Source: an uncultured Thalassotalea sp.
GTDB taxonomy: Bacteria > Pseudomonadota > Gammaproteobacteria > Enterobacterales > Alteromonadaceae
DNA: 62,269 bases
NCBI GenBank assembly: GCA_938075435.1
Contig: CALJHL010000127.1
Location: 1 to 62,269 of the forward strand
Direction of reading: 5' to 3'
A program made the position numbers and the translations under genes. Within the stretch, counting starts at the first letter, position 1. Every line of letters begins with the position of its first letter. A model generated the notes under the pieces. That model did no database searches. It saw only the letters and a program-made list of their open reading frames with translations, and was not told the origin of the DNA. Shown piece after piece: positions 38,486-47,913 of this stretch.

Positions 38486-40285
38486 ATGGAAAAAAATACA
38501 ATAAATAAACCCAGTTTTTGGTCTCGTCGGCTGATTCTCGGAACAACTATCTCCGGGGCCGTTATCTTTTTCGTAGTCGGAATATTATTTTGGGGTGGTT
38601 TTAATACCGCGATGGAAGCCACCAATACCACTGAGTTTTGTATTGGCTGTCATGAAATGCAAGATAATGTTTATCAAGAATATACACCCACAATTCACTT
38701 TACCAATCGAACCGGCGTAAGAGCGGGTTGTCCAGATTGTCATGTACCTAAGCCTTGGATCCATAAGATTGTTCGTAAAATCCAAGCGTCTAAAGAAGTG
38801 TTTTATTGGTTAACAGGTAAATTAGATACTAAAGAAAAATTTAATGAACATCGTTTTGAACTTGCCCAAAGTGTTTGGAAAGCGATGAAAGATACCGATT
38901 CGAGAGAATGTCGAAATTGTCATAATTTTGAATCTATGAATCCAGAATTTCAAAAACCACGAGCTCGTAAACAACATTTAAATGCCTTTGATATCGGACA
39001 AACTTGTATCGATTGTCATAAAGGTATTGCTCATCATGATGTTCGTGACCAATTAACCGATGAACAGCTTGAAGAGTTAGAAGCCCCTGTTGTTGCATAC
39101 ATTCGTGAAGTACCACAGGAATATCGCGATGGTTTGGCTCGAGCTGAGGCAAAAGAAGCCGCGCTTGCTGCCGAAAATAAAGCAAAAACCCTAGCAGATA
39201 AAGAGAAAGTACAACGAGCCATTGACCAAGCGGTTGCTAGTGCCTTGGCGAGTCAACCGGCAACAACTGGCAATGCAACGACATCAACGACAAAAGCGGC
39301 GGGCAAGTCTGCTGCGCTTAAATCAATGAATGTCGACTGGAGCAAAGCCAATAGCGCCGACATTAGTGTCTTTTATCCTGGTACAGCTTCGATGGAGTGG
39401 ATTTTAGGTCGAAAACATGGCGGTAAACGAGCCTTTACTAAAGGTGACCGTTGTATCGAGTGTCATGGTGAGGAAATTAAAGAAATCGGCCAGGCAATCG
39501 TTTCAGGTGAAAGTGAGAAGGACCTAGAACCGAACGTTATTCCAAATAAACGCGGTAGTATCGATGTCACCATCGATGCAACTTATGACGCTGAAGATCT
39601 TTATTTGAAATTTAGTTGGCCTGATGGCGAACATGCCGAAGTACCATTTGTTGAAGGTGGTAAAATGGATCCGGCAAATAAAATCAAGTTAGCCTTTATG
39701 ATTGCTACCGATGAAGTGAAGTATGCGGATCGATCCGGTTGTTGGGCATCGTGTCATGCCGATGCTGACTCAATGCCATATGCACCTGAGCAAGATGCCA
39801 TAAAAGCCAGTGAATTGGCCAACCGTTTGGATTTAAACTCAGGGGTGACTAAATACATTGAAGAGAGTCGTACCAAGTTGGAAATTAAAGGTCGTGGTGG
39901 TAAGCCGTTAGGTGGTTGGGACAAGTTAAAAACCGACGAAGAGCTTAACGAATTGCAAAAAACACAAAAATTCATGGATATTGTGCGCTATAAATCGGGC
40001 AACCAAGAATTACAAGACGGTCAATTGTTAGATGAACGAGAAATGCATGGCGGTCAAGGTGGCGAAGCAGTAGCTTCATTGACTAATGGTACTTGGACTG
40101 TTGAAATCAAGCGTAAGCTGAACTCAACCAGTGACGGTGATGTATCGATTGAAGCCGGCAAAGTATACAACTTTGGTTTTGCTATTCATGATGATTATTC
40201 AAGTGCTCGCTATCACCATGTGTCATTTGGTTATAAATTAGCATTAGATAATGCCGATGCTGAGATCAATGCCAGTAAACAATAA
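38486..40285 (+). CDS. nirT: NapC/NirT tetraheme cytochrome fused to a NirB-like (c552) diheme domain
   Basis: TM helix + CIGCH, CPDCH, CRNCH, CIDCH; Ala/Thr-rich linker; FYPG, CIECH, CWASCH, FAIHDDY…RYHHVS. Confidence 0.85.
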   Translation: MEKNTINKPSFWSRRLILGTTISGAVIFFVVGILFWGGFNTAMEATNTTEFCIGCHEMQDNVYQEYTPTIHFTNRTGVRAGCPDCHVPKPWIHKIVRKIQASKEVFYWLTGKLDTKEKFNEHRFELAQSVWKAMKDTDSRECRNCHNFESMNPEFQKPRARKQHLNAFDIGQTCIDCHKGIAHHDVRDQLTDEQLEELEAPVVAYIREVPQEYRDGLARAEAKEAALAAENKAKTLADKEKVQRAIDQAVASALASQPATTGNATTSTTKAAGKSAALKSMNVDWSKANSADISVFYPGTASMEWILGRKHGGKRAFTKGDRCIECHGEEIKEIGQAIVSGESEKDLEPNVIPNKRGSIDVTIDATYDAEDLYLKFSWPDGEHAEVPFVEGGKMDPANKIKLAFMIATDEVKYADRSGCWASCHADADSMPYAPEQDAIKASELANRLDLNSGVTKYIEESRTKLEIKGRGGKPLGGWDKLKTDEELNELQKTQKFMDIVRYKSGNQELQDGQLLDEREMHGGQGGEAVASLTNGTWTVEIKRKLNSTSDGDVSIEAGKVYNFGFAIHDDYSSARYHHVSFGYKLALDNADAEINASKQ

Positions 40286-40331
40286 TTACTTGGGCGATAA
40301 CCCCCTAAACCTTATTGTTCAGTAGCTTATT

Positions 40332-40359
40332 AAAAACTTCCCTCTTTAGGGAAGTTTTT
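40332..40359 (+). terminator. Intrinsic terminator after nirT-nirB
   Basis: AAAAACTTCCCT-CTTT-AGGGAAGTTTTT. Confidence 0.85.
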
Positions 40360-40409
40360 GTTTTTATAAGCGCAAAAATTGCAATTAGCAGTGCTCTCTT
40401 CGTCAAAAT

Positions 40410-40423
40410 ATGATCTTAAACAA
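40410..40423. promoter_or_regulatory. Degenerate FNR/DNR box upstream of nirC
   Basis: ATGAT-CTTA-AACAA (8/10), ~70 bp upstream of the start, similar to the norC and norD boxes. Confidence 0.45.
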
Positions 40424-40490
40424 TAATATACTTGCGGTTTGTTGATAGAATTAATTCATCATAGTTTTCATTTTGGCCTAAACTTTAAAT

Positions 40491-40859
40491 ATGAATTATT
40501 TTAACTCGTTAACATTCGGTATTTTATTATCGTGTAGCGTGAGTGGTTTTGTTGTTAATGCATTACCTAGCGAAGCTGTGGAACAAATCACCCCATTAAA
40601 TAAACAACAAAAGGCAAAGCTTATCCACCTAGTTAAACAAGACTGTGGCTCTTGTCATGGTTTAACTTTGAAAGGTGGTTTAGGTCCATCGCTATTGCCA
40701 GCCGATTTGATTAATAAACCAGAATATTTTCTAACGCTTACCATTTTAAATGGACGTCCAGGTACGGCGATGCCGCCATGGAAAGATATTTTAAGCGAAC
40801 AAGAAGCACAGTGGATTGCTCAGCAGTTAATAAAAGGTATTGAAGATGCACAACAATAA
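40491..40859 (+). CDS. nirC: Cytochrome c55X NirC
   Basis: QDCGSCHGLTLKGGLGP, GRPGTAMPPW. Confidence 0.92.
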   Translation: MNYFNSLTFGILLSCSVSGFVVNALPSEAVEQITPLNKQQKAKLIHLVKQDCGSCHGLTLKGGLGPSLLPADLINKPEYFLTLTILNGRPGTAMPPWKDILSEQEAQWIAQQLIKGIEDAQQ

Positions 40860-42099
40860 GTTATATTTTTTGAGTGGCTTAACCGCTCTTTTGTTCACTT
40901 TCGGTTGCCAACAAACCGTAAATAAACCGATGTTAGCGAAAAAAGTTGCTAACACAGCAACTACCGAGTTAAGAGCGACTGGCGATTTAGGTTTAGTTAT
41001 TGAACGAGCCAGCGGTCAAATTCAAATTGTTGATCACAGTGATAAAGCCAGTTTGGCGCAAATTAGTGGTCTTGGTGATCTTTCTCATGCTTCTATTGTT
41101 TATTCTCGCGACCAACGTTTCGGTTATGTATTTGGCCGTGATGGCGGCTTAACTAAAGTCGACCTTTTAACCAATAAAATTGCCAAGCGGGTTATGCAAT
41201 CGGGTAACAGTATTGGCGGTGCCATCAGCCAAGATGGTAAGTTAGTCGCGGTATCTAACTACACCCCAGGAGGGGTTAAGATTTTTGATACCGAGACTCT
41301 CGCCCTTGTTGCCGATATTCCCGCTACTGAATTACCAAACCATCCTAGAAATAAAGACGGCTCTATTAAGCGTTCTAAAGTTGTTGGTTTAGTAGACGCA
41401 CCGGGGCAAAAATTTGTCTTTAGTTTATTTGACAGTCATGAAATATGGGTTGCCGACCTTTCTGAAGACGAGATCAAGATAAATAAATATACCGATATCG
41501 GTCTGAACCCATATGACGCGTTAATTAGTCCCGATGGTCGTTATTATATTGCCGGTTTATTTGGCGAAAATGGTATGGCTTTACTCGATCTTTGGGCGCA
41601 AGAAGATGGTGTAAAACGTATTCTTGACGGTTATGGCAAAGGTAATAAAAAATTGCCTGTATATAAAATGCCACATCTAGAAGGTTGGGCGATGGCGGGT
41701 AATTTTGCCTACGTGCCAGCGGTAGGTTTTCATAAAGTTCTAATTATAGATACCCAAACTTGGCAACAGGTAGGTGAAATTGATGTTCATGGGCAACCGG
41801 TATTTGTAATGGCGCAACCAGATAATCGAAAAATTTGGGTTAATTTTGCTTTTCCTCTGAACGATACCATTCAAGTGATTGACAGCAAAACTCAGCAGCT
41901 CATTAAAACCTTAACGCCAGGTCCTGGGGTATTGCATATGGAATTTACTCCGCGTGGAGAAAATGTCTGGATGTCGGTTCGTGATAGCAATGAAATTCAA
42001 ATTTATAATACTGAAAATTTTGAATTACTCAAAAAATTACCGGCGGCAAGTCCTAGTGGTATTTTCTTTACCAATCGTGCTCACCAAATAGGCCTGTAA
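40840..42099 (+). CDS. nirF: Heme d1 biosynthesis protein NirF (lipoprotein)
   Basis: Lipobox FTFGC; GLGDLSHAS, FGRDGG, YKMPHLEGW, PSGIFFTNRA. Confidence 0.93.
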   Translation: MKMHNNKLYFLSGLTALLFTFGCQQTVNKPMLAKKVANTATTELRATGDLGLVIERASGQIQIVDHSDKASLAQISGLGDLSHASIVYSRDQRFGYVFGRDGGLTKVDLLTNKIAKRVMQSGNSIGGAISQDGKLVAVSNYTPGGVKIFDTETLALVADIPATELPNHPRNKDGSIKRSKVVGLVDAPGQKFVFSLFDSHEIWVADLSEDEIKINKYTDIGLNPYDALISPDGRYYIAGLFGENGMALLDLWAQEDGVKRILDGYGKGNKKLPVYKMPHLEGWAMAGNFAYVPAVGFHKVLIIDTQTWQQVGEIDVHGQPVFVMAQPDNRKIWVNFAFPLNDTIQVIDSKTQQLIKTLTPGPGVLHMEFTPRGENVWMSVRDSNEIQIYNTENFELLKKLPAASPSGIFFTNRAHQIGL

Positions 42100-42593
42100 T
42101 GATGAGTTATTCTAGTGTAAATCTCGATGGCTTGAGCCAAAAGCTAATAAATGCTTATCAAAAAGGCTTTCCGGTATGCTCTCGCCCTTTTCTGCAATTG
42201 GCCGAACGCTTTAATTGCAGTGAGCAAGAGGTAATAGAGTGTTTAGAGCAATTACAGCAGCAGAAAATATTATCGCGCTTAGGGCCGGTGCTCGATCATA
42301 AAAAGGCCGGTGCCAGCACGTTAGCGGCATTAGCGGTACCGGCAGAGCAACTTGATGAAATTGCCGAAATAGTGAATAAATTTGAGCAAGTAAATCATAA
42401 TTATGCTCGAGAACACGACTATAATTTATGGTTTGTAGCTACGGCTGCGGATGCCGAGGGCTTAAAGCAATGTTTAACCAATATTCATCAGCAAACTGGG
42501 TTTGAACCCTTAGTGCTGCCAATGGAAAAGGCTTATCACATCGATCTTGGCTTTGAAATTAACTTTAGTGATCACCACGGTGAAAAATTATGA
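42099..42593 (+). CDS. nirD: Siroheme decarboxylase subunit NirD
   Basis: Lrp/AsnC-like; GASTLAAL, VNHNYAREH, YHIDLGF. Confidence 0.85.
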   Translation: MMSYSSVNLDGLSQKLINAYQKGFPVCSRPFLQLAERFNCSEQEVIECLEQLQQQKILSRLGPVLDHKKAGASTLAALAVPAEQLDEIAEIVNKFEQVNHNYAREHDYNLWFVATAADAEGLKQCLTNIHQQTGFEPLVLPMEKAYHIDLGFEINFSDHHGEKL

Positions 42594-43162
42594 TGGCGCA
42601 ACCGCTTATGTCAGAATTGCAGTCAAGTCACTTAACTGTCGAGCAGTACTCGCAATTGTTTACTGCTATCGAGTCGGGTTTACCTTTAGTTGCCCAACCT
42701 TACTTAGCATTGGCTGAGCAAATAGGCGCGAGTGAAGAGCAAGTTATCGAGACGATTAAAGAGTGGCAACAACAAGGCCTAATTCGTCGTTTTGGCCTAG
42801 TTATTCATCACCGTAAGCTGGGCTATGTTGCCAATGCTATGGTGGTTTGGGATGTGGCAAACGAAGACATTGAGCGAGTTGCCGAACTGTTATCACAACA
42901 AAAAGTGGTAACCTTATGCTACCGTCGGCCGCGATTTTTACCGCATTGGCCCTACAATTTGTTTTGCATGATCCATGGCAAAAATAGAGCGCAAGTGTTA
43001 GCGCAACTAGATGAAATTTGCCGGGTAAATAAATTACAGACAATTGATAAAAAAGTATTGTTTAGTTATAAGGCCTATAAACAACGTGGTGGTCGCTATA
43101 GTAATACTCAATTAAATAAATCTGCGACATCTACTGCTGCGACAACAACGAGAAATAAATGA
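42590..43162 (+). CDS. nirL: Siroheme decarboxylase subunit NirL
   Basis: GLPLV..PY, HRKLGYVANAM, LCYRRPR..WPYNLFCMIHG, KQRG. Confidence 0.85.
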   Translation: MMAQPLMSELQSSHLTVEQYSQLFTAIESGLPLVAQPYLALAEQIGASEEQVIETIKEWQQQGLIRRFGLVIHHRKLGYVANAMVVWDVANEDIERVAELLSQQKVVTLCYRRPRFLPHWPYNLFCMIHGKNRAQVLAQLDEICRVNKLQTIDKKVLFSYKAYKQRGGRYSNTQLNKSATSTAATTTRNK

Positions 43163-43605
43163 TGGATGAATTAGATAAGAAAATTTTAAATCGGGCACAG
43201 TTAGGTATTCCGGTATCTGATAAACCGTTTGCCGATATCGCCGAAGAGTTAGGCTGCAGTGAACAACAAATACTAAGCAAGCTGCAAGACATGTTAGCAG
43301 ATGGTTTGTTATCACGTTTTGGACCCATGTATGATGCCGCCAGTTTAGGCGGGGCATTTACTCTTGCGGCCATCGATGTTCCAGAGCATCGATTTGATGA
43401 AGTGACCGAAATAGTTAATTCATTTTCACAAGTCGCCCATAATTATAAACGTCAACACCAATTAAATATGTGGTTTGTGGTCGGCACTGAGTCACAACAA
43501 GAAATTGACTCGGTGATCAAAGATATTGAGCAACAAACGCAATTGAGTGTACTTAATTTTCCAAAAGAGGAGGAGTTTTATGTCAGACTCTACTTGCCAG
43601 TCTAA
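43159..43605 (+). CDS. nirG: Siroheme decarboxylase subunit NirG
   Basis: RFGPMYDA..LGGAFTLAA, VAHNY.R.H, PKEEEFYV. Confidence 0.85.
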   Translation: MMDELDKKILNRAQLGIPVSDKPFADIAEELGCSEQQILSKLQDMLADGLLSRFGPMYDAASLGGAFTLAAIDVPEHRFDEVTEIVNSFSQVAHNYKRQHQLNMWFVVGTESQQEIDSVIKDIEQQTQLSVLNFPKEEEFYVRLYLPV

Positions 43606-44116
43606 ACAAAAAAATTCCCCGAATTTAACTCCTTTAGAGCGTCAATTTATTGTGTGCACTCAAAAAGGGCTGCCAATTGTTAGTGAGCCTTATCGGGCAA
43701 TTGCTGAGCAATTGCAAATGAGTGTTGAGCAAACCTTAGCGATGGCGGACGATTTATTACAACGCGGCATTATCAGAAGAATTGCGGCAGTACCAAATCA
43801 TTATCGTGCTGGTTATATCTTTAATGGTATGACCGTGTGGGACGTTAAAGATGATGAGATCCACAAGTTTGGTAACTTGGTTGGCAAACTTCCTTTTGTT
43901 AGTCATTGTTACCGCCGCCCAAGAAAGTTACCCGAATGGAATTACAACTTATTTGCCATGATCCATGGTAAAAATGAACAACAAATTAGTGAATATCGAA
44001 CACAGATCAAAGAATTACTTGCCGATGTGTTGCAAAGTAATGCCGGTAAATCTAACGATATGTTAACCAGTAGTAAAATTTTAAAGAAAACCGGCCTGCG
44101 TTTACAGTCCAAATAA
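43580..44116 (+). CDS. nirH: Siroheme decarboxylase subunit NirH (start ATG 43580 after AGGAG)
   Basis: RRIAAVPNHY, NGMTVWDV, VSHCYRRPR, ILKKTGLRL. Confidence 0.88.
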   Translation: MSDSTCQSKQKNSPNLTPLERQFIVCTQKGLPIVSEPYRAIAEQLQMSVEQTLAMADDLLQRGIIRRIAAVPNHYRAGYIFNGMTVWDVKDDEIHKFGNLVGKLPFVSHCYRRPRKLPEWNYNLFAMIHGKNEQQISEYRTQIKELLADVLQSNAGKSNDMLTSSKILKKTGLRLQSK

Positions 44117-44126
44117 GGAATGAGTC

Positions 44127-45344
44127 ATGTTTAGAATCTCACAATTACTTAAAACCGTGTACGAAGACCAACCTGTGGTAAAAGCTCGAAAGATGCCTGG
44201 TCCGGTGGTTATTTGGAATTTAATTCGCCGTTGTAACTTGCAATGTAGACATTGCTATTCAACCTCCCTCGATATCGATTTTAAAGATGAATTAACTACT
44301 GAACAGGTTAAGGCGACCATTGATGACCTTAAGGTCGCACAGGTGCCGGTACTTATTCTTTCTGGAGGTGAGCCGCTAATGCGTCCAGATATTTATGAAA
44401 TAACGGCCTATGCTAAAGCCAAAGGCTTTTATGTTGCCTTATCAACCAATGGTACTTTAATAAACGAAGATAATATTGAACAGATTAAAGCCGCTGATTA
44501 TCAATATGTTGGTATTAGTATCGATGGTTTAGAAGAGTTTCATGATGATTTTCGTCGCCAAAAAGGCAGCTTCAAAACCGCAATGCATGCTCTTAAATTA
44601 TGTAAAGAGAAGGGCATTAAAGTTGGTATGCGCTTATGTTTAACCCGTGAAAACGACAAAGACTTGCCGGCGATTTTAAATTTAATGGAAGAGCATAAAA
44701 TTGATAAGTTTTACTTATCGCATTTAAATTATTCAGGTCGTGGTAAACGTAGTGCTGAAAATGATGCGATGTTTGCGATGACCAAAGGTGCGATGATCCA
44801 GTTATTCGAGCGCGCTTGGTCACATTTAGAACAAGGCATAGACAGTGATTTTGTTACGGGTAATAATGATGCTGATGGGCCATTTTTATTACAATGGGCC
44901 GAGAAAAAGTTTGGTGAAAAATACCCTCAACGAGTGGCAAATTTAAAACAGCGGTTGATAAATTGGGGTGGTAATGCCAGTGGCGTAAATGTTGCAAATA
45001 TTGATAATACCGGCGTCATTCACCCTGATACTTATTGGTGGAACCATCCACTTGGCAATGTAAAAACTGAGAAGTTTTCAGATGTTTGGAAAAATACTCA
45101 AGATCCATTAATGTTAGGTTTTAGACAGTCGCCGCGGCCGGTTACTGGCCGTTGTGGAAAATGCGAATATTTAAATATTTGTGGTGGCAATACCCGCACG
45201 CGAGCCTTTGCACAAACCGGTGATGCTTGGTCTGAAGACCCTGGTTGTTATTTAACCGACCAAGAAATTGGCTTAGCACCAATCTCCAGAGACAGTGAAA
45301 TTATACCTGTCGATGTAATAGAGTGCTCACTCAGCGATAGTTAA
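44127..45344 (+). CDS. nirJ: Radical SAM heme d1 biosynthesis protein NirJ
   Basis: PVVIWNLIRRCNLQCRHCY, SGGEP, SPASM C..C...C, EDPGCYL. Confidence 0.95.
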   Translation: MFRISQLLKTVYEDQPVVKARKMPGPVVIWNLIRRCNLQCRHCYSTSLDIDFKDELTTEQVKATIDDLKVAQVPVLILSGGEPLMRPDIYEITAYAKAKGFYVALSTNGTLINEDNIEQIKAADYQYVGISIDGLEEFHDDFRRQKGSFKTAMHALKLCKEKGIKVGMRLCLTRENDKDLPAILNLMEEHKIDKFYLSHLNYSGRGKRSAENDAMFAMTKGAMIQLFERAWSHLEQGIDSDFVTGNNDADGPFLLQWAEKKFGEKYPQRVANLKQRLINWGGNASGVNVANIDNTGVIHPDTYWWNHPLGNVKTEKFSDVWKNTQDPLMLGFRQSPRPVTGRCGKCEYLNICGGNTRTRAFAQTGDAWSEDPGCYLTDQEIGLAPISRDSEIIPVDVIECSLSDS

Positions 45345-45424
45345 ACGCTGTTACATCGCCCTTTTGGCTATTTATTGAAGTCGGTTGCTAGCACCAATAT
45401 ATAAAAGATAAAAATGAGATTATT

Positions 45425-46264
45425 ATGACAGATCTGCTATTTAAAAATATTACTCAACGGGTTAAGTTTGCCCCTGGCGAGGTTGCCTTAGTTGGGGCCG
45501 GACCTGGTGATCCAGAATTATTGACGATAAAAGCTCTACGCTTTATTTCTCAAGCGGAAGTGGTTATTTATGACCGCTTAGTGAGTGATGAAATTATGGC
45601 GCTTTTACCTGACAACTGTGAAAAATTTTATGTTGGTAAAAAACAAGCCAAACATTGTGTCCCACAAGGTAGTATTAACGAAATATTAGTGCAATATGCG
45701 CAAACAAATAAGCGGATATTACGCCTTAAAGGTGGCGACCCATTTGTTTTTGGTCGTGGCAGTGAAGAAGCTGAGCACCTATTAAAACATGGTATTAACT
45801 GCCATGTGTTGTCCGGTATAACTGCCGCGTCAGCTTGTACTACCTATGCGGGTATTCCATTAACCCATCGAGGCGTGTCGCAATGCTGTACTTTCATTAC
45901 CGGTCATTTGCAAAATGATGGTCAATTAGTATTGCCTTGGCAAAACTTAAGTAATAAAGAACAAACTGTGGTGTTTTATATGGGTATTAGTGCGGTTAAA
46001 GTGATTGCCGATGAGTTAATCAAACATGGTCGTGCAGCCGACACTCCTGCTGCGCTGATCAGAAAAGGCACTCGTCCAGATCAAGAAGTTTATCGCGGTA
46101 CATTGCAAAACTTAGAACAAATGGTGTTGGAGAACAATATTCAATCGCCAGCATTAATTGTGGTTGGCCACGTGATCAATCAACTCGATCCACGTCATGT
46201 TGCCGGATCTGGTTATTTTCAAGCCGAGCATGTTTGTCAAAGTCCAGAGTTAGCAGCAGTTTAA
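45425..46264 (+). CDS. nirE: Uroporphyrinogen-III C-methyltransferase NirE
   Basis: VGAGPGDPELLT, RLKGGDPFVFGRG, GIPLTHR. Confidence 0.92.
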   Translation: MTDLLFKNITQRVKFAPGEVALVGAGPGDPELLTIKALRFISQAEVVIYDRLVSDEIMALLPDNCEKFYVGKKQAKHCVPQGSINEILVQYAQTNKRILRLKGGDPFVFGRGSEEAEHLLKHGINCHVLSGITAASACTTYAGIPLTHRGVSQCCTFITGHLQNDGQLVLPWQNLSNKEQTVVFYMGISAVKVIADELIKHGRAADTPAALIRKGTRPDQEVYRGTLQNLEQMVLENNIQSPALIVVGHVINQLDPRHVAGSGYFQAEHVCQSPELAAV

Positions 46265-46273
46265 GGAATAAAA

Positions 46274-47887
46274 ATGCATAAGGTTATTTCATCTTTAACA
46301 TTGATGATGAGTTTATTTTGCTTATTTTTAAGTAGTCAAGCTCAAGCCAGTGATAAAATATCGGCAAATGCCCAACCCGTACAAACGGCTGAGCAGTTAT
46401 ACCAAACACATTGTCAAAGCTGTCATGGTGTTGACCGAATGGGCAATATGGGCCCGGCATTATTTCCAGAAAACCTGTCACGATTAAGAAAAAATAAAGC
46501 CAGTGCGGTGATTAGCAAAGGCCGAGTTGCCACGCAGATGCCAGCGTTTGAAAAAATATTGTCAAAAGATAGTATAGATCAATTAGTGAACTACATTTAC
46601 ACGCCGGCAAAATCGGTCCCGCAATGGACGTTAGCGGATATCAATGCATCGCATGTTCAGCACTTTGAACAAAGTAAACTACCAAACGAACCACAGTTTG
46701 AAGCAGATTTAATGAATTTGTTTATTGTCGTAGAGTTAGGTGATCATTCAGCCACCTTGCTTAATGGCGATACTTTTGAACCGATCACCCGGTTTAAAAC
46801 GCGTTTTGCTTTACATGGCGGACCCAAATATTCACCGGATGGTAGATTTGTTTATTTTGCCTCTCGGGATGGTTGGATCAGCAAATACGACATTTACAAT
46901 ATGAAAACCGTGGCGGAAATCCGTGCCGGGATAAATACTCGCAACCTCGCGGTATCTTCTGATGGCAAGTATGCCATTGTGGGTAACTACTTGCCCCATA
47001 ACATTGTCATCTTAGATACCGCCACGTTGCAACCGATTAAAGTGGTAGAAACTATTGCTAAAGATGGCACCTCTTCACGGGTTAGTGCGGTTTATAATGC
47101 GCCGCCTAGAACCAGTTTTATTGTTGCTTTAAAAGACGTTAAAGAAGTTTGGGAAATACCATACAGTGATGCCGGCGGCGTCGATGTTTATAAAGGTTGG
47201 GCTCATGATTACCGTAAAGACGGCGGTGAAGGTAAAGTCGAGAACTGGAAGAATACCGAGCAATTTCCAATTCGCCGAATTAATACCGAAGATTATCTTG
47301 ATGACTTCTTCTTTGACCCTGAATATATTCATTTAATTGGCGCTTCACGAGATAGCCAGAATGGGCAAGTAATAAACCTGGATGCGAAAAAGAAAGTTGC
47401 TACCATAGAAATGGCTGGCATGCCCCATTTAGGCTCAGGTATTACCTGGGATTATCAAGGTAAGCAAGTATTTGCCTCGCCAAATATAAAAGATGGTCGT
47501 GTTACTGTAATTGATATGGACAACTGGAAAGTGATCAAAGAAATTAAGACCGAAGGACCGGGTTTCTTTATGCGCAGTCATAGTAAATCGCGGTACGCCT
47601 GGGTTGATGTTTTCTTTGGTCCGAATAAAGAAAAAGTTCACATCATTGATAAAGCAACGTTAGAAATTGTTAAAACCATTGCCCCCGCTCCCGGTAAAAC
47701 TGCTGCCCATGTTGAGTTTACTAAAGATGGGAAATATGTTTTATTAAGCATTTGGGATAACGATGGCGCGGTAATTGTGTATGATGCTAATACCTTAGAA
47801 GAAATTAAACGTTTACCGATGAAGAAACCTTCAGGAAAATACAACGTTTATAATAAAACGCACTATGAACGTGGTACTAGCCACTGA
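46274..47887 (+). CDS. nirN: Dihydro-heme d1 dehydrogenase NirN
   Basis: CQSCH c-domain; ALHGGPK, GMPHLGSG, FFMRSH, KPSGKYNV. Confidence 0.92.
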   Translation: MHKVISSLTLMMSLFCLFLSSQAQASDKISANAQPVQTAEQLYQTHCQSCHGVDRMGNMGPALFPENLSRLRKNKASAVISKGRVATQMPAFEKILSKDSIDQLVNYIYTPAKSVPQWTLADINASHVQHFEQSKLPNEPQFEADLMNLFIVVELGDHSATLLNGDTFEPITRFKTRFALHGGPKYSPDGRFVYFASRDGWISKYDIYNMKTVAEIRAGINTRNLAVSSDGKYAIVGNYLPHNIVILDTATLQPIKVVETIAKDGTSSRVSAVYNAPPRTSFIVALKDVKEVWEIPYSDAGGVDVYKGWAHDYRKDGGEGKVENWKNTEQFPIRRINTEDYLDDFFFDPEYIHLIGASRDSQNGQVINLDAKKKVATIEMAGMPHLGSGITWDYQGKQVFASPNIKDGRVTVIDMDNWKVIKEIKTEGPGFFMRSHSKSRYAWVDVFFGPNKEKVHIIDKATLEIVKTIAPAPGKTAAHVEFTKDGKYVLLSIWDNDGAVIVYDANTLEEIKRLPMKKPSGKYNVYNKTHYERGTSH

Positions 47888-47913
47888 TTGTTAGAATATT
47901 ACCTGGAGCTTTA

